DNA of 64,000 nt from Clostridia bacterium (GCA_016297915.1 JAEDFU010000006.1:3618-67617); one strand, 5' to 3'; shown: positions 19,416 to 31,090, counted from the first letter of the stretch. Notes: generated by a model from the sequence alone, not told the origin. Numbers and translations are program-made.

Positions 19416-20609
19416 ATGAAAATTGGATGTATTGTACTTAATTCAAATTTAATAGCTTGCGACAAACAAACATCTATAATCAAGTATTTGACTAATAATT
19501 TGTATGAAATAGGGGAAAGCATTTCTCTTATTTCTTATTTTGATAATAGTCTAGAAAAACTTAAAAATGTGTATAGTGAAAAGCCAGATATACTTTTTGT
19601 GATAGGCACAGACGATGTTATATACAATCATAATATCAAAGATAATCTAGCACGAATATCTGGTGAAAAACTAGAAGCAAATCAAAATGCACTTATGTCG
19701 CTAAAAAAATATTGTGAGAAATACAATATTAATTTTTCTATGCAAGAAGATATGGAAGTATTGCTTCCAACAAACTCAATTGCTCTTACTTATGATGATA
19801 CATATTCTAGCGGTTTTGTATCTAAGAGCGGAAATACTTATATGATATTTTTGCCAAATGACATTGAATTTGTTAAATACAATTACAACCAGTATATTTT
19901 GCCACTCATCAATGATTTGGTCAGTAGTACATGTAAGACACAAGTAATCAAGGTCTTTGGAATACTCGAAAAGGATATCAAAAACTTTTTGTCCGAGTAT
20001 TATGGAATTGATGGTCTTACAATTACAATAGTGGGCGATGGACTGGACAATACAATATTTGTAAGGTCAATATCAACGCTTGATGAAAACAAATCGAGAG
20101 ATGTGATATCTGGCATTATCTCAAAACTCAATAAATTTATTTATTCATTAGAGAATGTAAGTATCTACAAAATGGCAGTTGATATGCTCAAAATTCAACA
20201 CAAAACCATAACTATAGGCGACACAATTACATATGGGAATATAACCAATAGAATAGCTGAAATAGACCCAAGCGTTATAACGAGTAGTAGCATTTATACA
20301 TCTTTTGAAAAAATAAAACTAGACCTGAGTATAGACACTAATACAATCAAGGATTATGGTGAATACAGCGTAAATACTATTTATGAATGTGCCAACTCGT
20401 TGCTATCAAAAAGCACAGGTGATATTGCTTTATTTGTGTTGGGGAGTAAAGCTACGGACACATGCTTTGTCGCTGTGGGAGACTTGGACGGAATCCATGT
20501 GTACAAAAATAAAATCAATATCAAAAACTCTGATTTGCAAGAAAATTTATCAAAGACAGCAATGTTTTATTTAATAAAAAAACTTAAACAAAATGATTTG
20601 TGTTTTTGA
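19416..20609 (+). CDS. cinA: divergent CinA-like competence/damage-inducible protein
   Basis: Conserved pgsA-cinA-recA position. 397 aa, with an N-terminal MoCF-like part (ILFVIGTDD...) and a C-terminal CinA-like part. Sequence is quite divergent. Confidence 0.6.
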   Translation: MKIGCIVLNSNLIACDKQTSIIKYLTNNLYEIGESISLISYFDNSLEKLKNVYSEKPDILFVIGTDDVIYNHNIKDNLARISGEKLEANQNALMSLKKYCEKYNINFSMQEDMEVLLPTNSIALTYDDTYSSGFVSKSGNTYMIFLPNDIEFVKYNYNQYILPLINDLVSSTCKTQVIKVFGILEKDIKNFLSEYYGIDGLTITIVGDGLDNTIFVRSISTLDENKSRDVISGIISKLNKFIYSLENVSIYKMAVDMLKIQHKTITIGDTITYGNITNRIAEIDPSVITSSSIYTSFEKIKLDLSIDTNTIKDYGEYSVNTIYECANSLLSKSTGDIALFVLGSKATDTCFVAVGDLDGIHVYKNKINIKNSDLQENLSKTAMFYLIKKLKQNDLCF

Positions 20610-20630
20610 AAAAATAGTGTATAATACTAT

Positions 20631-20644
20631 AGAACAAATGTTTA
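20631..20644 (+). promoter_or_regulatory. LexA (Cheo-type SOS) box upstream of recA
   Basis: AGAACAAATGTTTA matches the Firmicute consensus CGAACnnnnGTTCG at the GAAC-N4-GTT core. It lies just downstream of a TATAAT at 20620-20625. Confidence 0.7.
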
Positions 20645-20662
20645 ATAAAGGATAAAAATTGT

Positions 20663-21667
20663 ATGGACGAAAATAAGAAAAAACAACTAGAACAAGCCAT
20701 TTCTCAAATAGAGAAACAATTTGGCAAAGGTTCTATTATGAAACTTGGAGATGATGTTCAAAGAACTATAGATGTAATTCCAACAGGATGCATGACACTT
20801 GATTATGCTTTGGGTATTGGTGGTGTTCCAAGAGGTAGAATTATAGAGATTTATGGACCAGAAAGCTCTGGTAAGACAACTGTTACTTTGCACATTCTTG
20901 CTCAAGCGCAAAAATTGGGCGGAACAGCTGCTTTTATTGACGCAGAGCATGCTCTTGATCCTCAATATGCTAAGCGCCTTGGAGTAGATATTGACAACTT
21001 GTATATCTCTCAACCAGACACTGGTGAGCAAGCTTTGGAGATTTGTGAAGCATTGGTTAGAAGTGGTGCTGTAGATTGCATTGTAATTGATAGCGTTGCT
21101 GCACTTACTCCTAAGGCAGAGATTGACGGAGAAATGGGTGATAGTTTTATGGGTGTACAAGCAAGACTTATGAGCCAAGCACTCAGAAAACTTACAGCTA
21201 TTGTAAATAAGACAAATGCTTGTGTAATATTCATAAACCAATTAAGAGACAAAATTGGCGTAATGTATGGCAACCCAGAGACTACTACTGGTGGTAAGGC
21301 ACTTAAGTTCTATTCATCTATTAGAATGGATATCCGAAAGGTTGATGTCATCAAAGATGGTACAGAAATTATAGGTAACAAGACAAGAGTCAAAATTGTC
21401 AAAAACAAACTTGCTCCTCCATTCAAAACTGCTGAGTTTGATATCATGTACGGAACAGGTATTAATAATGAAGGCTGTGTAATTGATATGGCAATTGAAC
21501 TTGATATTATTCAAAAGAGTGGTTCGTGGTATAGTTACAATGGCGAAAAGATTGGTCAAGGAAAAGAAAATGTGAAAATATTCCTTCAAGAAAATCCTGA
21601 GACTTATGAAATCGTCAAAGACCAAATTAGAGAAAAACTACTAAATCACAAAGTTACTGAGGACTAA
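20663..21667 (+). CDS. recA: recombinase RecA
   Basis: [13 protein letters not shown], Walker [19 protein letters not shown], and L2 loop region. 334 aa. Confidence 0.97.
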   Translation: MDENKKKQLEQAISQIEKQFGKGSIMKLGDDVQRTIDVIPTGCMTLDYALGIGGVPRGRIIEIYGPESSGKTTVTLHILAQAQKLGGTAAFIDAEHALDPQYAKRLGVDIDNLYISQPDTGEQALEICEALVRSGAVDCIVIDSVAALTPKAEIDGEMGDSFMGVQARLMSQALRKLTAIVNKTNACVIFINQLRDKIGVMYGNPETTTGGKALKFYSSIRMDIRKVDVIKDGTEIIGNKTRVKIVKNKLAPPFKTAEFDIMYGTGINNEGCVIDMAIELDIIQKSGSWYSYNGEKIGQGKENVKIFLQENPETYEIVKDQIREKLLNHKVTED

Positions 21668-21703
21668 AAAAATTACTGAGATATCTTCTCAGTAATTTTT
21701 TTT
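21666..21703. terminator. bidirectional terminator between recA (+) and the PBP gene (-)
   Basis: ATTACTGAGA-(5 nt)-TCTCAGTAAT stem flanked by an A-run and a T-run. Overlaps the PBP stop codon. Confidence 0.8.
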
Positions 21704-24026
21704 AGCTAAATAGCCAACCTAGACTATTACTCTCCAAATCGTTTTCAATTAATTTTTTGTACTCCTTAGGAATATTTACAGCTATCTTATTTGAATTAGT
21801 CTCTGCCGAACTGTAGTTGGATTTTGCTTTGACATAATAAGTGTAGTTAGTATTATTTGTAATATTTGTATCTGTAAACTCAGCAACACCATTGGTATCT
21901 TTTATTGTTTTTACTTTTTGATAATTGCCATTTGACTTGCGATAGATTTCATATGTTACGAAGTCGTTTGCATCGAAAGAAATTTTGCAACTGTTTTTGA
22001 ACTTGGTAATGTCAATTGTGATTGGGTCAAGTTTTTCAAAAATTGTAGACACTTGTTGTGGCTTAAATTTTGAAGCAACCAAGCAAGTTACTTGATATCT
22101 TTCGGGAACATTATCTCCAAGAACAACTATATGTTCTTGCTCCAAAGTTTTGGCATCAATTGTAATTTTTTCAACTCCATCGGGTCTAACAAAACTACTA
22201 GGAATGTCATTTTGATACATAGTGTCAAAAGTATCAAGTATCAACTGTGTGGCATAAGTTCCACCGTTATTTTTGCCAGATAAATGATAGTCATTTTGCA
22301 TTGTATAATTTCCTAACCATACAGACATTATATGGTCTTGTGTGTATGCCAAACTATACACATCGGTATTGTTGTTTGTGCCTTTGACTGCAACAGTTCC
22401 AGTCTTGCCAGCTACATCAAATTGTAATTTTGATAGTTTTTTTGATGTTCCATTTTCGACACTGTATTTTAGTATATCTGTCATTAAGTATGATGTTTGA
22501 GGTGAAACTGCATATGTTTCTGACAATTTCCTATTATATAATGTCATATTCGCACTATTATTAATTTTTTTTATAAAACTATTTTTTACATAATTTCCGT
22601 TGTTAGTAAATATTGAATAAGCGTCAGTTATATCTTTGAGTGTTACGCCATCAGTAAATCCGCCAAGAGTTATTGCATAGTTTGTGTCCTTTTCTTCGTT
22701 GAAATTTATTCCACATTTTTTGGCATACTGCATGCATTTATCTAATCCTAATTCTTGACTAATTTTGACTGTAGGGATATTAAGGCTTTGGGCAACGCTA
22801 TCTTCAACTGAAACATATCCATGATATACATTGCCGACATTATTTGGACTGTATCCTCCAATATCTATCTTTTCGTCTAAGATTTGTGTCTTGCTACAAA
22901 TCAAACCTTCGTTTATTGCTGGTGCGTAAGTTAGTATTGGCTTTATCAAACTTCCGGGTTGTCTTTTGACATTTAGCAGATTGTATTTGCTTTTGCCTGC
23001 GATTGCACTTACTGAATGACTTTTGTTGTCTACGATTATTGACAAACTATCTGCGATGTTTCCGTGTTCGTTTGTGTGATAATATTTTTGATTGGAAATA
23101 TTTTGGTCAAGAATTTTTTGAGTATTGTTGTCTTGATATGTATAGATTTTGTAACCTCCATGTAGTACATTTGAAACATTGGTATTAAGTATCTTGCTTG
23201 CTTCGTCAAGAACAAACTTGCTGTACAAATCCAAACTATCCAGAGTGTTTGTAATATTTGAGTTGCTGATGTCAACATCTTCCTCTATTGCTTGGTTATA
23301 TTCTTCTATAGTAATTTTGTTATCTTTGAGCATTTCGCTTAGCACTAGGTTTCGTCTTTCGATAGATTTAGACAAGTTGTTTAGTGGACTATAATTGCTA
23401 GGGGATTTTATGCATCCAGCGAGTATGCAACTCTCAGATAAAGTAAGTTCGCTTATATCTTTGTTAAAAAAAGTTTTGCTGGCATTTCCAATTCCATAAG
23501 CTCCATTGCCAAAGTATATAGTATTTAGATATGTCTCAAGTATCTTATCTTTTGATTCGGTTTTTTCTAATTTTTTGCTAAGGTACGCTTCTTTGATTTT
23601 TCTTGAAAAAGTTTTTTCGTTGGTCAAAAATCTATTTTTGACTAGTTGTTGAGTTATTGTGCTAGCACCTTCACCTAGATTTTTTGATTTTAGATTATTA
23701 AAAGTTGCCTTGGCAATGCGTTTGTAATTAAGACCATTGTGTTTGTAAAAAGATTTGTCCTCAATTGATATAAAAGCTTCTTTGGTATAATCCGGCATAT
23801 CTTGAATTGAAACAAAGTTGCTGTCTAAATTTTCGGAGAACTTAAGCTCGTCGCCATTCACATCATAAATTTTGCTGTAATTATACTCGTTATTTGTAAG
23901 CTTTACATTCAAATCTTTGACTGGTGCTATGGTGTTATTTATGTAAATTAATACAACCGCAAAAGCGATTAACATAATTGCAAGAAAACCAAATAAAACC
24001 CATAGTAATATTTTTTTTGCCCTCAT
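21702..24026 (-). CDS. class A penicillin-binding protein (glycosyltransferase + transpeptidase) with a C-terminal Fn3-like domain
   Basis: AGGTGA RBS. N-terminal TM, GT51 motifs (EDKSFYKHNG, GASTITQQLVKN, RKIKE) and transpeptidase motifs (SLIKP, KTGT). Confidence 0.9.
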   Translation of the reverse strand: MRAKKILLWVLFGFLAIMLIAFAVVLIYINNTIAPVKDLNVKLTNNEYNYSKIYDVNGDELKFSENLDSNFVSIQDMPDYTKEAFISIEDKSFYKHNGLNYKRIAKATFNNLKSKNLGEGASTITQQLVKNRFLTNEKTFSRKIKEAYLSKKLEKTESKDKILETYLNTIYFGNGAYGIGNASKTFFNKDISELTLSESCILAGCIKSPSNYSPLNNLSKSIERRNLVLSEMLKDNKITIEEYNQAIEEDVDISNSNITNTLDSLDLYSKFVLDEASKILNTNVSNVLHGGYKIYTYQDNNTQKILDQNISNQKYYHTNEHGNIADSLSIIVDNKSHSVSAIAGKSKYNLLNVKRQPGSLIKPILTYAPAINEGLICSKTQILDEKIDIGGYSPNNVGNVYHGYVSVEDSVAQSLNIPTVKISQELGLDKCMQYAKKCGINFNEEKDTNYAITLGGFTDGVTLKDITDAYSIFTNNGNYVKNSFIKKINNSANMTLYNRKLSETYAVSPQTSYLMTDILKYSVENGTSKKLSKLQFDVAGKTGTVAVKGTNNNTDVYSLAYTQDHIMSVWLGNYTMQNDYHLSGKNNGGTYATQLILDTFDTMYQNDIPSSFVRPDGVEKITIDAKTLEQEHIVVLGDNVPERYQVTCLVASKFKPQQVSTIFEKLDPITIDITKFKNSCKISFDANDFVTYEIYRKSNGNYQKVKTIKDTNGVAEFTDTNITNNTNYTYYVKAKSNYSSAETNSNKIAVNIPKEYKKLIENDLESNSLGWLFS

Positions 24027-24131
24027 ATTTTCACCTAAAATGTATTTTTCAAAATGACTTGTATTTTTATATAAAATAATATATAATTATCTTGTACAAT
24101 TTTGTAAATTTAATTACTATTGAGAGTTAAT

Positions 24132-25439
24132 ATGAAATATTTTATTAAGACATTTGGATGTCAAATGAATGTGCATGAGAGCGAGAAACTTGCTGGCATG
24201 CTTGAGAGTTTGAATTATTTGAGAGCCGATAAGGCGGACGATGCTGATGTTGTGGTCTTTAATACATGTTGTATAAGAGACGGTGTCGAACAAAAAATTA
24301 TGGGCAATATTGGTGCTATCAAAAAACTAAAAAAAGCAAATCCGAATATGATTGTTGCTATTTGTGGTTGTATGTCTCAAGCTGATGGCAGGAGTGATAT
24401 GATATTTAAAAAATTCCCATTTGTAGACATTATTTTTGGAACACATAACTTACACAAGTTCAAGGAACTGCTAACTTGCTTCAAGGATAATCATCAAAAA
24501 ATCTCGGATGTTTGGAGCGAGGCAAACGGAATTTTTGAAGATACAAACATAGTTAGAGATGATATGTTTTCAAATGCTTGGGTTAATATCAATTTTGGAT
24601 GTAATAACTTTTGCTCATACTGCATTGTGCCTTATGTAAGAGGCAGAGAGCGTAGTAGAGATTATCGTGATATTGTGCGTGAGTGCGAAGGGCTTGTCTC
24701 TAGTGGCTACAAGTATATAACCTTGCTTGGTCAAAATGTAAATAGCTATGGAAACGACTTTGAGGACAAATCAATAAATTTTGCATTTTTGCTTAAAAAA
24801 GTGGCTGAAATAGAGGGTGATTTTAAGATTAAGTTTATGACATCGCACCCAAAAGATTTGTCTGAGGAAGTAATCAAGACGATTGCCCAAAATGACAAAA
24901 TTTGCAAGGTTATTCATCTTCCTATTCAATCAGGAAGCAATCAAATCCTCAAAGCAATGAATCGTAAATATACTAGAGAGCATTATTTGGGATTAATTGA
25001 ATTAATACGCAAATATATTCCTGATGCGTATATTTCGACAGATATTATTGTTGGATTTCCTGGCGAAACCGAAGAGAACTTTTTGGATACATATAATTTG
25101 GTCAAAACCGTTAGATATGACGGGGTATTTGCCTTTATGTTTTCTAAGCGTAGCGGAACTGTGGCGTATAGTATGCCAAATCAGATTGATGAGGCGACAA
25201 AAAAAGATAGGATTCACAGACTGTTACAATTGACCAAATCTATTACAAAAGAGAAAAATCAAGAACTTGTGGGCAAAACTGTGGACATAATTGCAGTACA
25301 TGAGGTGGACGGTTTATTTGAGTGCATGACAGATAGTGGAAAGACTATTTTTGTAAATGGAAAACTTACACCAAATAACTTTTACAAGTGCAAAATTACA
25401 AAGTTTGCCAATAACAAACTATTTGCAGATTTAATTTAG
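24132..25439 (+). CDS. miaB: tRNA-2-methylthio-N6-dimethylallyladenosine synthase MiaB
   Basis: FIKTFGCQMNVHESE N-terminus, radical SAM CNNFCSYC, and a TRAM domain. ATG at 24132 is preferred over the TTG at 24120. Confidence 0.88.
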   Translation: MKYFIKTFGCQMNVHESEKLAGMLESLNYLRADKADDADVVVFNTCCIRDGVEQKIMGNIGAIKKLKKANPNMIVAICGCMSQADGRSDMIFKKFPFVDIIFGTHNLHKFKELLTCFKDNHQKISDVWSEANGIFEDTNIVRDDMFSNAWVNINFGCNNFCSYCIVPYVRGRERSRDYRDIVRECEGLVSSGYKYITLLGQNVNSYGNDFEDKSINFAFLLKKVAEIEGDFKIKFMTSHPKDLSEEVIKTIAQNDKICKVIHLPIQSGSNQILKAMNRKYTREHYLGLIELIRKYIPDAYISTDIIVGFPGETEENFLDTYNLVKTVRYDGVFAFMFSKRSGTVAYSMPNQIDEATKKDRIHRLLQLTKSITKEKNQELVGKTVDIIAVHEVDGLFECMTDSGKTIFVNGKLTPNNFYKCKITKFANNKLFADLI

Positions 25440-25449
25440 TGGAGAAAAA

Positions 25450-28080
25450 ATGAGAGTAGATCCTAATGACAAAAGATTATCCCCAATGATGAGACAATAT
25501 TTGCTAACCAAACAAAAATATGGTGATGCAATACTTTTCTTTAGGTTGGGCGATTTTTATGAAATGTTTTTTGAAGATGCCGAACTATGTTCAAGAGTGC
25601 TAGAACTAACGCTTACAGGCAAAGATTGTGGGCTTGATGCTAGAGCGCCTATGTGTGGAGTTCCATATCATGCATGTGAGGGATATGTTGCAAAACTCCT
25701 AGAAAATGGCTACAAAGTGGCTATTTGTGAGCAATTAACTCAGCCAGAAAAGGGTGTAAAGGTTGTTGAGCGTGATGTTGTAAGAATTATTACTCCTGGA
25801 ACGCTTGTAGATAGTTCAATGCTTGACGAAACAAAGAACAATTATATTGCTTGTATCTACAAAAACAAGGATAACATTGGCATCAGTGCTCTTGATATAT
25901 CTACTGGTAAATTTTTGGCTACAGAATTTTTGAGTACTAATATTCTTTCAAAAACAAACGATTTTTTGGTTAGTATTAAGCCTAGTGAAATAATTGTTAA
26001 TCAAGAAATGTCTGAGTTTTATGATAGTCTTGCTTGTGTTCAAGCGAGTTATTTGCCTCAATGCGAAGTCTATGATGATATAAATTTTGATTATGAAATG
26101 GCACTCGAAAAGATAAAAAGTCAACTAAATGTGCCAACTATCAAAAAACTTGATATAAATAATCACGAGTATGCATGTACTAGTTGCGGTGCGATACTTA
26201 ATTATATTTTGGAAACACAAAAAAGGGAACTTACTCACATAAACTCAATTGAGTACATTTGTGTAGACAATTATATGCAACTAGATTCAAACACAAGACG
26301 AAATCTAGAGCTAACAGAGACCATGAAAGACCGCAAAAAGCGTGGAACGCTATTTTGGGTTTTGAATAAAACAAAAACATCTATGGGTGCAAGACTTTTG
26401 AAGTCATACATCGAGCAACCATTATACAATGACAAACTTATCAATAATAGACTAAGTAGCGTTGATGAACTAGTTAAAAACATCGTGATTAGGGAAAAAT
26501 TAGGGAATTTACTTTATAATGTGTATGATATCGAAAGGCTAGTTGGTCGAATTAGCTACAATAATTTGGTTACAGCCGATTGCATTCTGCTCAAAAAATC
26601 CCTTGCATTAATCCCTGAGATTGCAAAAACTATTGAGCCATTTACATCTACAAACATTCAAAAAATCAAAGAAAATTTGTTTGATTTTGGTCAGCTTGTT
26701 GATTTGCTTGACAAGGCTATCGTTGACAAAAATGACTCAGAAAGAGACAAACGAGACGGTGAAATTATTAAGTATGGATTTAATTCCGAGCTTGATGAGT
26801 ATATGGATATCTCAAAATCTGCCAAAGAATATATTGCCAAACTCGAAGCCAAAGAAAAAGAACAAACTAAGATAAAGAACTTAAAAATCGGCTTCAATAA
26901 GGTCTTTGGATACTATATTGAAGTTCCAAATTCGCAGTTGAATTTGGTTCCTTATAGCTATGTACGCAGACAAACCATTACTAATGGCGAGAGATTTATT
27001 ACTGACGAACTTAAAGAGTACGAGGATAAAATTCTAAATGCTAATCATCTCAAGGAGGTTTTGGAACAAACCTTATTTGAAAAGATTAGAGAAACAATGC
27101 TTGAATACACCGAAAAAATGAAACTTACTGCAAATAGCATTGCTGAACTTGATGTGTATTTGTCATTTGCTTCTGTTGCAATGGAGAACAATTATCACAA
27201 ACCAATAATTTCAAAAAATAATGATAAATTGGAGATTATTGGTGGTAGACATCCAATAGTTGAGTTGATAAACAAAAAAGAAGATTTTGTGCCTAATGAT
27301 ACAATTTTGAACGCTCAAGATAGTAGAACAATGATAATAACTGGCCCAAACATGGCAGGAAAGAGTACATATATGAGGCAAGTTGCTCTGATTACTCTTA
27401 TGGCACATATCGGAAGTTATGTTCCTGCTACATCAGCTAAAATTTGCCTTGTTGACAAAATATTTACTAGAATTGGTGCGTCTGATGATCTGTCCATGGG
27501 ACAAAGTACATTTATGGTTGAAATGTCGGAAGTTAGCTATATTTTGAAAAATGCAACAAATAATTCTTTGCTAATTTTGGATGAAATTGGAAGAGGAACA
27601 TCAACTTTTGACGGTCTAAGTATTGCATGGTCTGTGATAGAGTACATTGCAAAAAATCTTAATTGCAAGACATTATTCTCGACACATTATCATGAGCTTA
27701 CAGAACTAGAAGGTGTACTTGACGGAGTCAAAAATTATCAGATTTCGGTCAAAGAATTTAATAATTCAATCATTTTCTTAAGAAAAATAATTAGAGGTGG
27801 CGCTAGTAGAAGCTTTGGAATTGAAGTTGCGTCTCTAGCTGGACTTCCTACAGAGGTACTATCTAGAGCAAAAGATATTTTGCATATTTTGGAAGAAAAT
27901 GATTTGTCAAAAGACACCAAAATTACATCAAAATTAGATAGTGGATATGCTGTCAAAAATAATGAAATTTCCAAAAATACTGCCAAAATCATGGGAGTTT
28001 TGCAAGATTTAAACATAAATAATTTGACTCCGCTTAATGCATTTGATATCTTAATTCAATTAAAAAATTACACAAAATAA
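25450..28080 (+). CDS. mutS: DNA mismatch repair protein MutS
   Basis: GGAG RBS. TPMMRQY, FFRLGDFYEMF, Walker A GPNMAGKST, and DEIGRGTSTFDG. Confidence 0.96.
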   Translation: MRVDPNDKRLSPMMRQYLLTKQKYGDAILFFRLGDFYEMFFEDAELCSRVLELTLTGKDCGLDARAPMCGVPYHACEGYVAKLLENGYKVAICEQLTQPEKGVKVVERDVVRIITPGTLVDSSMLDETKNNYIACIYKNKDNIGISALDISTGKFLATEFLSTNILSKTNDFLVSIKPSEIIVNQEMSEFYDSLACVQASYLPQCEVYDDINFDYEMALEKIKSQLNVPTIKKLDINNHEYACTSCGAILNYILETQKRELTHINSIEYICVDNYMQLDSNTRRNLELTETMKDRKKRGTLFWVLNKTKTSMGARLLKSYIEQPLYNDKLINNRLSSVDELVKNIVIREKLGNLLYNVYDIERLVGRISYNNLVTADCILLKKSLALIPEIAKTIEPFTSTNIQKIKENLFDFGQLVDLLDKAIVDKNDSERDKRDGEIIKYGFNSELDEYMDISKSAKEYIAKLEAKEKEQTKIKNLKIGFNKVFGYYIEVPNSQLNLVPYSYVRRQTITNGERFITDELKEYEDKILNANHLKEVLEQTLFEKIRETMLEYTEKMKLTANSIAELDVYLSFASVAMENNYHKPIISKNNDKLEIIGGRHPIVELINKKEDFVPNDTILNAQDSRTMIITGPNMAGKSTYMRQVALITLMAHIGSYVPATSAKICLVDKIFTRIGASDDLSMGQSTFMVEMSEVSYILKNATNNSLLILDEIGRGTSTFDGLSIAWSVIEYIAKNLNCKTLFSTHYHELTELEGVLDGVKNYQISVKEFNNSIIFLRKIIRGGASRSFGIEVASLAGLPTEVLSRAKDILHILEENDLSKDTKITSKLDSGYAVKNNEISKNTAKIMGVLQDLNINNLTPLNAFDILIQLKNYTK

Positions 28081-28089
28081 GGATAAATT

Positions 28090-30120
28090 ATGTCAAAAAT
28101 TAATATTTTGGATAAATCTGTTTACAACAAAATTGCTGCAGGCGAGGTTGTTGAAAAGCCGGCTTCAGTTGTAAAGGAATTAATAGAAAATAGTATTGAT
28201 GCTGGTGCTACAAATATATCTATAGATATACTTGAGGGTGGCATCTCCAAAATCAAAGTAATAGATAATGGATGTGGAATTGAAAAAGACGATTTTCACA
28301 AGGTTTTTTTGGCACATGCTACAAGTAAGGTAAAAACCATAGATGATCTAAATGCTATTGGAACACTGGGATTTAGGGGTGAGGCTCTAAGCTCGATTGC
28401 GTCAGTTTCTAAGGTAACATTGATATCCAAAACTGATGAGGATATCGGTTATACTCTAAGTGTAATTGGTGGTGAGCTAGGGGAAATTAGTCCAATTGGT
28501 GCAACTAAGGGAACTTGTATGACAATTGAGGATTTGTTTTTCAATATCCCTGCAAGAAAAAAGTTCTTAAGAAAATCTAAAATGGAAGAAAATGAGATTA
28601 CAAATCTTGTTGCTAGATTAATTCTTGCTAATCCACAAGTGTCTATCAAATATACTGCTGATAACAAACTTATTTATCAATCGTTTGGAACAGGTTTATA
28701 TGATGCGATTTATGCTATATACGGCAAGTCAATTGTGGGAAATATTTTTGATTTTAGTTTTAAGTCTGGCGATTTTGACTTTAGCGGTTATCTTTGCAAG
28801 CCAACATTTTCAAAATCAAATAGGACATATCAGACGCTTATAATAAACGGCAGATATGTTATCAATCAAACAATTTCTACAGCTATTTACAAAGCGTATG
28901 AAAACTTTATTATGAAAGGTAGTTTTCCATTCTTTGTAATTAACTTAAAGATACCTCTTGACAAGGTTGATGTAAATGTTCATCCAAACAAACTTGATGT
29001 TAAATTTGAAGATAGTAATCAGATTTTTGGAATAGTCTATTCCAAGGTATCAGAGATACTCTATGGCGTTGACAATACCAAAAATATTGTAACTGATGAT
29101 GCTGAAACTATAGTTGTAGACAAATCAAAATTGCAAACATTAGACAGCGGTGTTGGCTCTCAATATGTTGCAACAAAGTCGAATGCCACTAGCGATGTCA
29201 AAGAGGAATTTAACAAAGAAAGCGTAAGCGAGATAGAACTTGGGCTTGAAAAATATGCAAGCACTGAATATTCCAAAGATGATAACTCTGTTGAAGAGTC
29301 TAATTCAAATTTAACTACAGAGAGACTAAATGACCTTTGCGAAAAAATAAAAGAAGTAACAGTATCAGACTCAAAAGAAGTAACAGTTGATGGAGAGGGG
29401 AAATTATTCAATGATGAATTTAAGGCTTTTGATTTCAAAGTAAATTCACCTGTCTATAAATTTGGTGATTATGTAGGTGGTAGACAATTAAATTCTATTG
29501 ATGAAAATAAAAACCCTCAACAAGAGACTATCGATGACGGACAACATAATTTCAAAGTAATTGGTACGCTATTTGATACATACATACTTGTCGAAAAAGA
29601 TTCGTCACTGCTACTTATTGACCAACATGCAGGTCACGAAAGAATTTTGTTTGATAAATTTTGCAAAGAACTTGAAGATAAACAAGTTGCAATTCAACCA
29701 TTGCTTGTACCATTTGTGTTTGAAACAAACATTGTTGAAAGTAATTTTTTGAATGATAACATTAGTACTCTAAATCAATTAGGGTTTGAAATCGATAGTT
29801 TTGGAGAAAATACTTACAAGATATCTACTGTCCCAATGTTACTACAAAATATCAATATACAAGGATTTATTGACAATATACTACATGATATTGACAATAA
29901 GTTGATTATATCAAAAAGCGATACTATAAGAGATTATCTTGCAAAATCTGCTTGTAAATCTGCAGTAAAAGGAAAAGATGTTTTAACAAAAAACGAAATT
30001 GATGTATTGCTCGAAAAAATTTCAAATCCTAGTCAAGTTCTTCTTTGTCCACATGGCAGACCAATTGTTATTAGTGTTAGTGAAAAAGAAATTGAAAAGT
30101 GGTTCAAAAGGATTGTATAG
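28090..30120 (+). CDS. mutL: DNA mismatch repair protein MutL
   Basis: GHKL ATPase N-terminus (IAAGEVVEKPASVVKELIENSIDAG, DNGCGI, GFRGEAL). C-terminal dimerisation/endonuclease part (DQHAGHERILF, CPHGRP). Confidence 0.95.
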   Translation: MSKINILDKSVYNKIAAGEVVEKPASVVKELIENSIDAGATNISIDILEGGISKIKVIDNGCGIEKDDFHKVFLAHATSKVKTIDDLNAIGTLGFRGEALSSIASVSKVTLISKTDEDIGYTLSVIGGELGEISPIGATKGTCMTIEDLFFNIPARKKFLRKSKMEENEITNLVARLILANPQVSIKYTADNKLIYQSFGTGLYDAIYAIYGKSIVGNIFDFSFKSGDFDFSGYLCKPTFSKSNRTYQTLIINGRYVINQTISTAIYKAYENFIMKGSFPFFVINLKIPLDKVDVNVHPNKLDVKFEDSNQIFGIVYSKVSEILYGVDNTKNIVTDDAETIVVDKSKLQTLDSGVGSQYVATKSNATSDVKEEFNKESVSEIELGLEKYASTEYSKDDNSVEESNSNLTTERLNDLCEKIKEVTVSDSKEVTVDGEGKLFNDEFKAFDFKVNSPVYKFGDYVGGRQLNSIDENKNPQQETIDDGQHNFKVIGTLFDTYILVEKDSSLLLIDQHAGHERILFDKFCKELEDKQVAIQPLLVPFVFETNIVESNFLNDNISTLNQLGFEIDSFGENTYKISTVPMLLQNINIQGFIDNILHDIDNKLIISKSDTIRDYLAKSACKSAVKGKDVLTKNEIDVLLEKISNPSQVLLCPHGRPIVISVSEKEIEKWFKRIV

Positions 30121-30123
30121 GAT

Positions 30124-31029
30124 ATGTACGATAGCATAATAATTTTGGGAGCTACTGCCAGCGGAAAAACTGCAGTTTCAATTGAACTAGCAAAGCGACT
30201 TGGAGCAGAAATCGTCAATGCAGATAGTATGTATATATATAGAGATTTTGACATCGGAACAGCTAAGCCTTCGACTATGGAAATGGGGGGAATTAAACAT
30301 CACCTAATAAGCTTTGTAGATCCTCTAAGTGACTTTAGTGTTGCGGATTATAGACAGAATGCAAAAAAGGCAATTGAAGATATTTTGAATAAAAATATTG
30401 TTCCAATCGTAGTTGGTGGTACTGGATTTTATATAGATAGTCTTATTAATACTTTTTCGTATGGTGGAGACAAAGATTCAAAACTAAGAGCAGAACTCGA
30501 ATCTGAACTAGAGTCATGTGGCAAAGATTACTTGTACTCTAGGCTTTGCAAATTAGATAGTGAGACTGCAAAAAAATTACATCCAAATGATGTCAAAAGA
30601 GTTATTAGGGCAATTGAAATTTGCTTGACTAGTAAGACAAAAAAATCTGAGATTGAAAACAACTGTGATGCAATTTTGAAAAATCCATTAATTGTTGGTC
30701 TGAATGTTGACAGAGATGCTCTATATAGTAGAATTAATCTTAGAGTAGATAAAATGATTGAAGCAGGACTTATAGATGAGGTCAAAGCTCTTGTTGCAAA
30801 GGGATATACGCCAGACAATTGCAATGCCATGAAAGGCATAGGTTACAAGGAAATATATAGTTATCTAATAGGGGAAACCCCTCTTGAATTTGCAATTGAA
30901 AAAGTTAAACAACATACTCGAAACTATGCTAAGCGTCAGATTACATGGTTTAAGCGAAACGACAAAATTATTTGGATGACTCCTAGTTGCGATTTTGTGG
31001 ATAAAATTCTTGAGCTTTTCGAAAGATAA
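30124..31029 (+). CDS. miaA: tRNA dimethylallyltransferase MiaA
   Basis: P-loop GATASGKT, NADSMYIYRDFDIGTAKP, and VVGGTGFY. Confidence 0.93.
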   Translation: MYDSIIILGATASGKTAVSIELAKRLGAEIVNADSMYIYRDFDIGTAKPSTMEMGGIKHHLISFVDPLSDFSVADYRQNAKKAIEDILNKNIVPIVVGGTGFYIDSLINTFSYGGDKDSKLRAELESELESCGKDYLYSRLCKLDSETAKKLHPNDVKRVIRAIEICLTSKTKKSEIENNCDAILKNPLIVGLNVDRDALYSRINLRVDKMIEAGLIDEVKALVAKGYTPDNCNAMKGIGYKEIYSYLIGETPLEFAIEKVKQHTRNYAKRQITWFKRNDKIIWMTPSCDFVDKILELFER

Positions 31030-31090
31030 ATATTAATTAATTTGATTTTAATTATGATTTTTTTAAAAATATTAATTTGTGATATGACAC

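Noticed and set aside
19416-20609. The CinA-like protein has DTITYG where canonical CinA/PncC proteins have the ESCTGG motif. This suggested a dead NMN deamidase.
   Set aside because: The protein is so divergent overall that my by-eye alignment of this motif is unreliable. It cannot be supported without a proper alignment.
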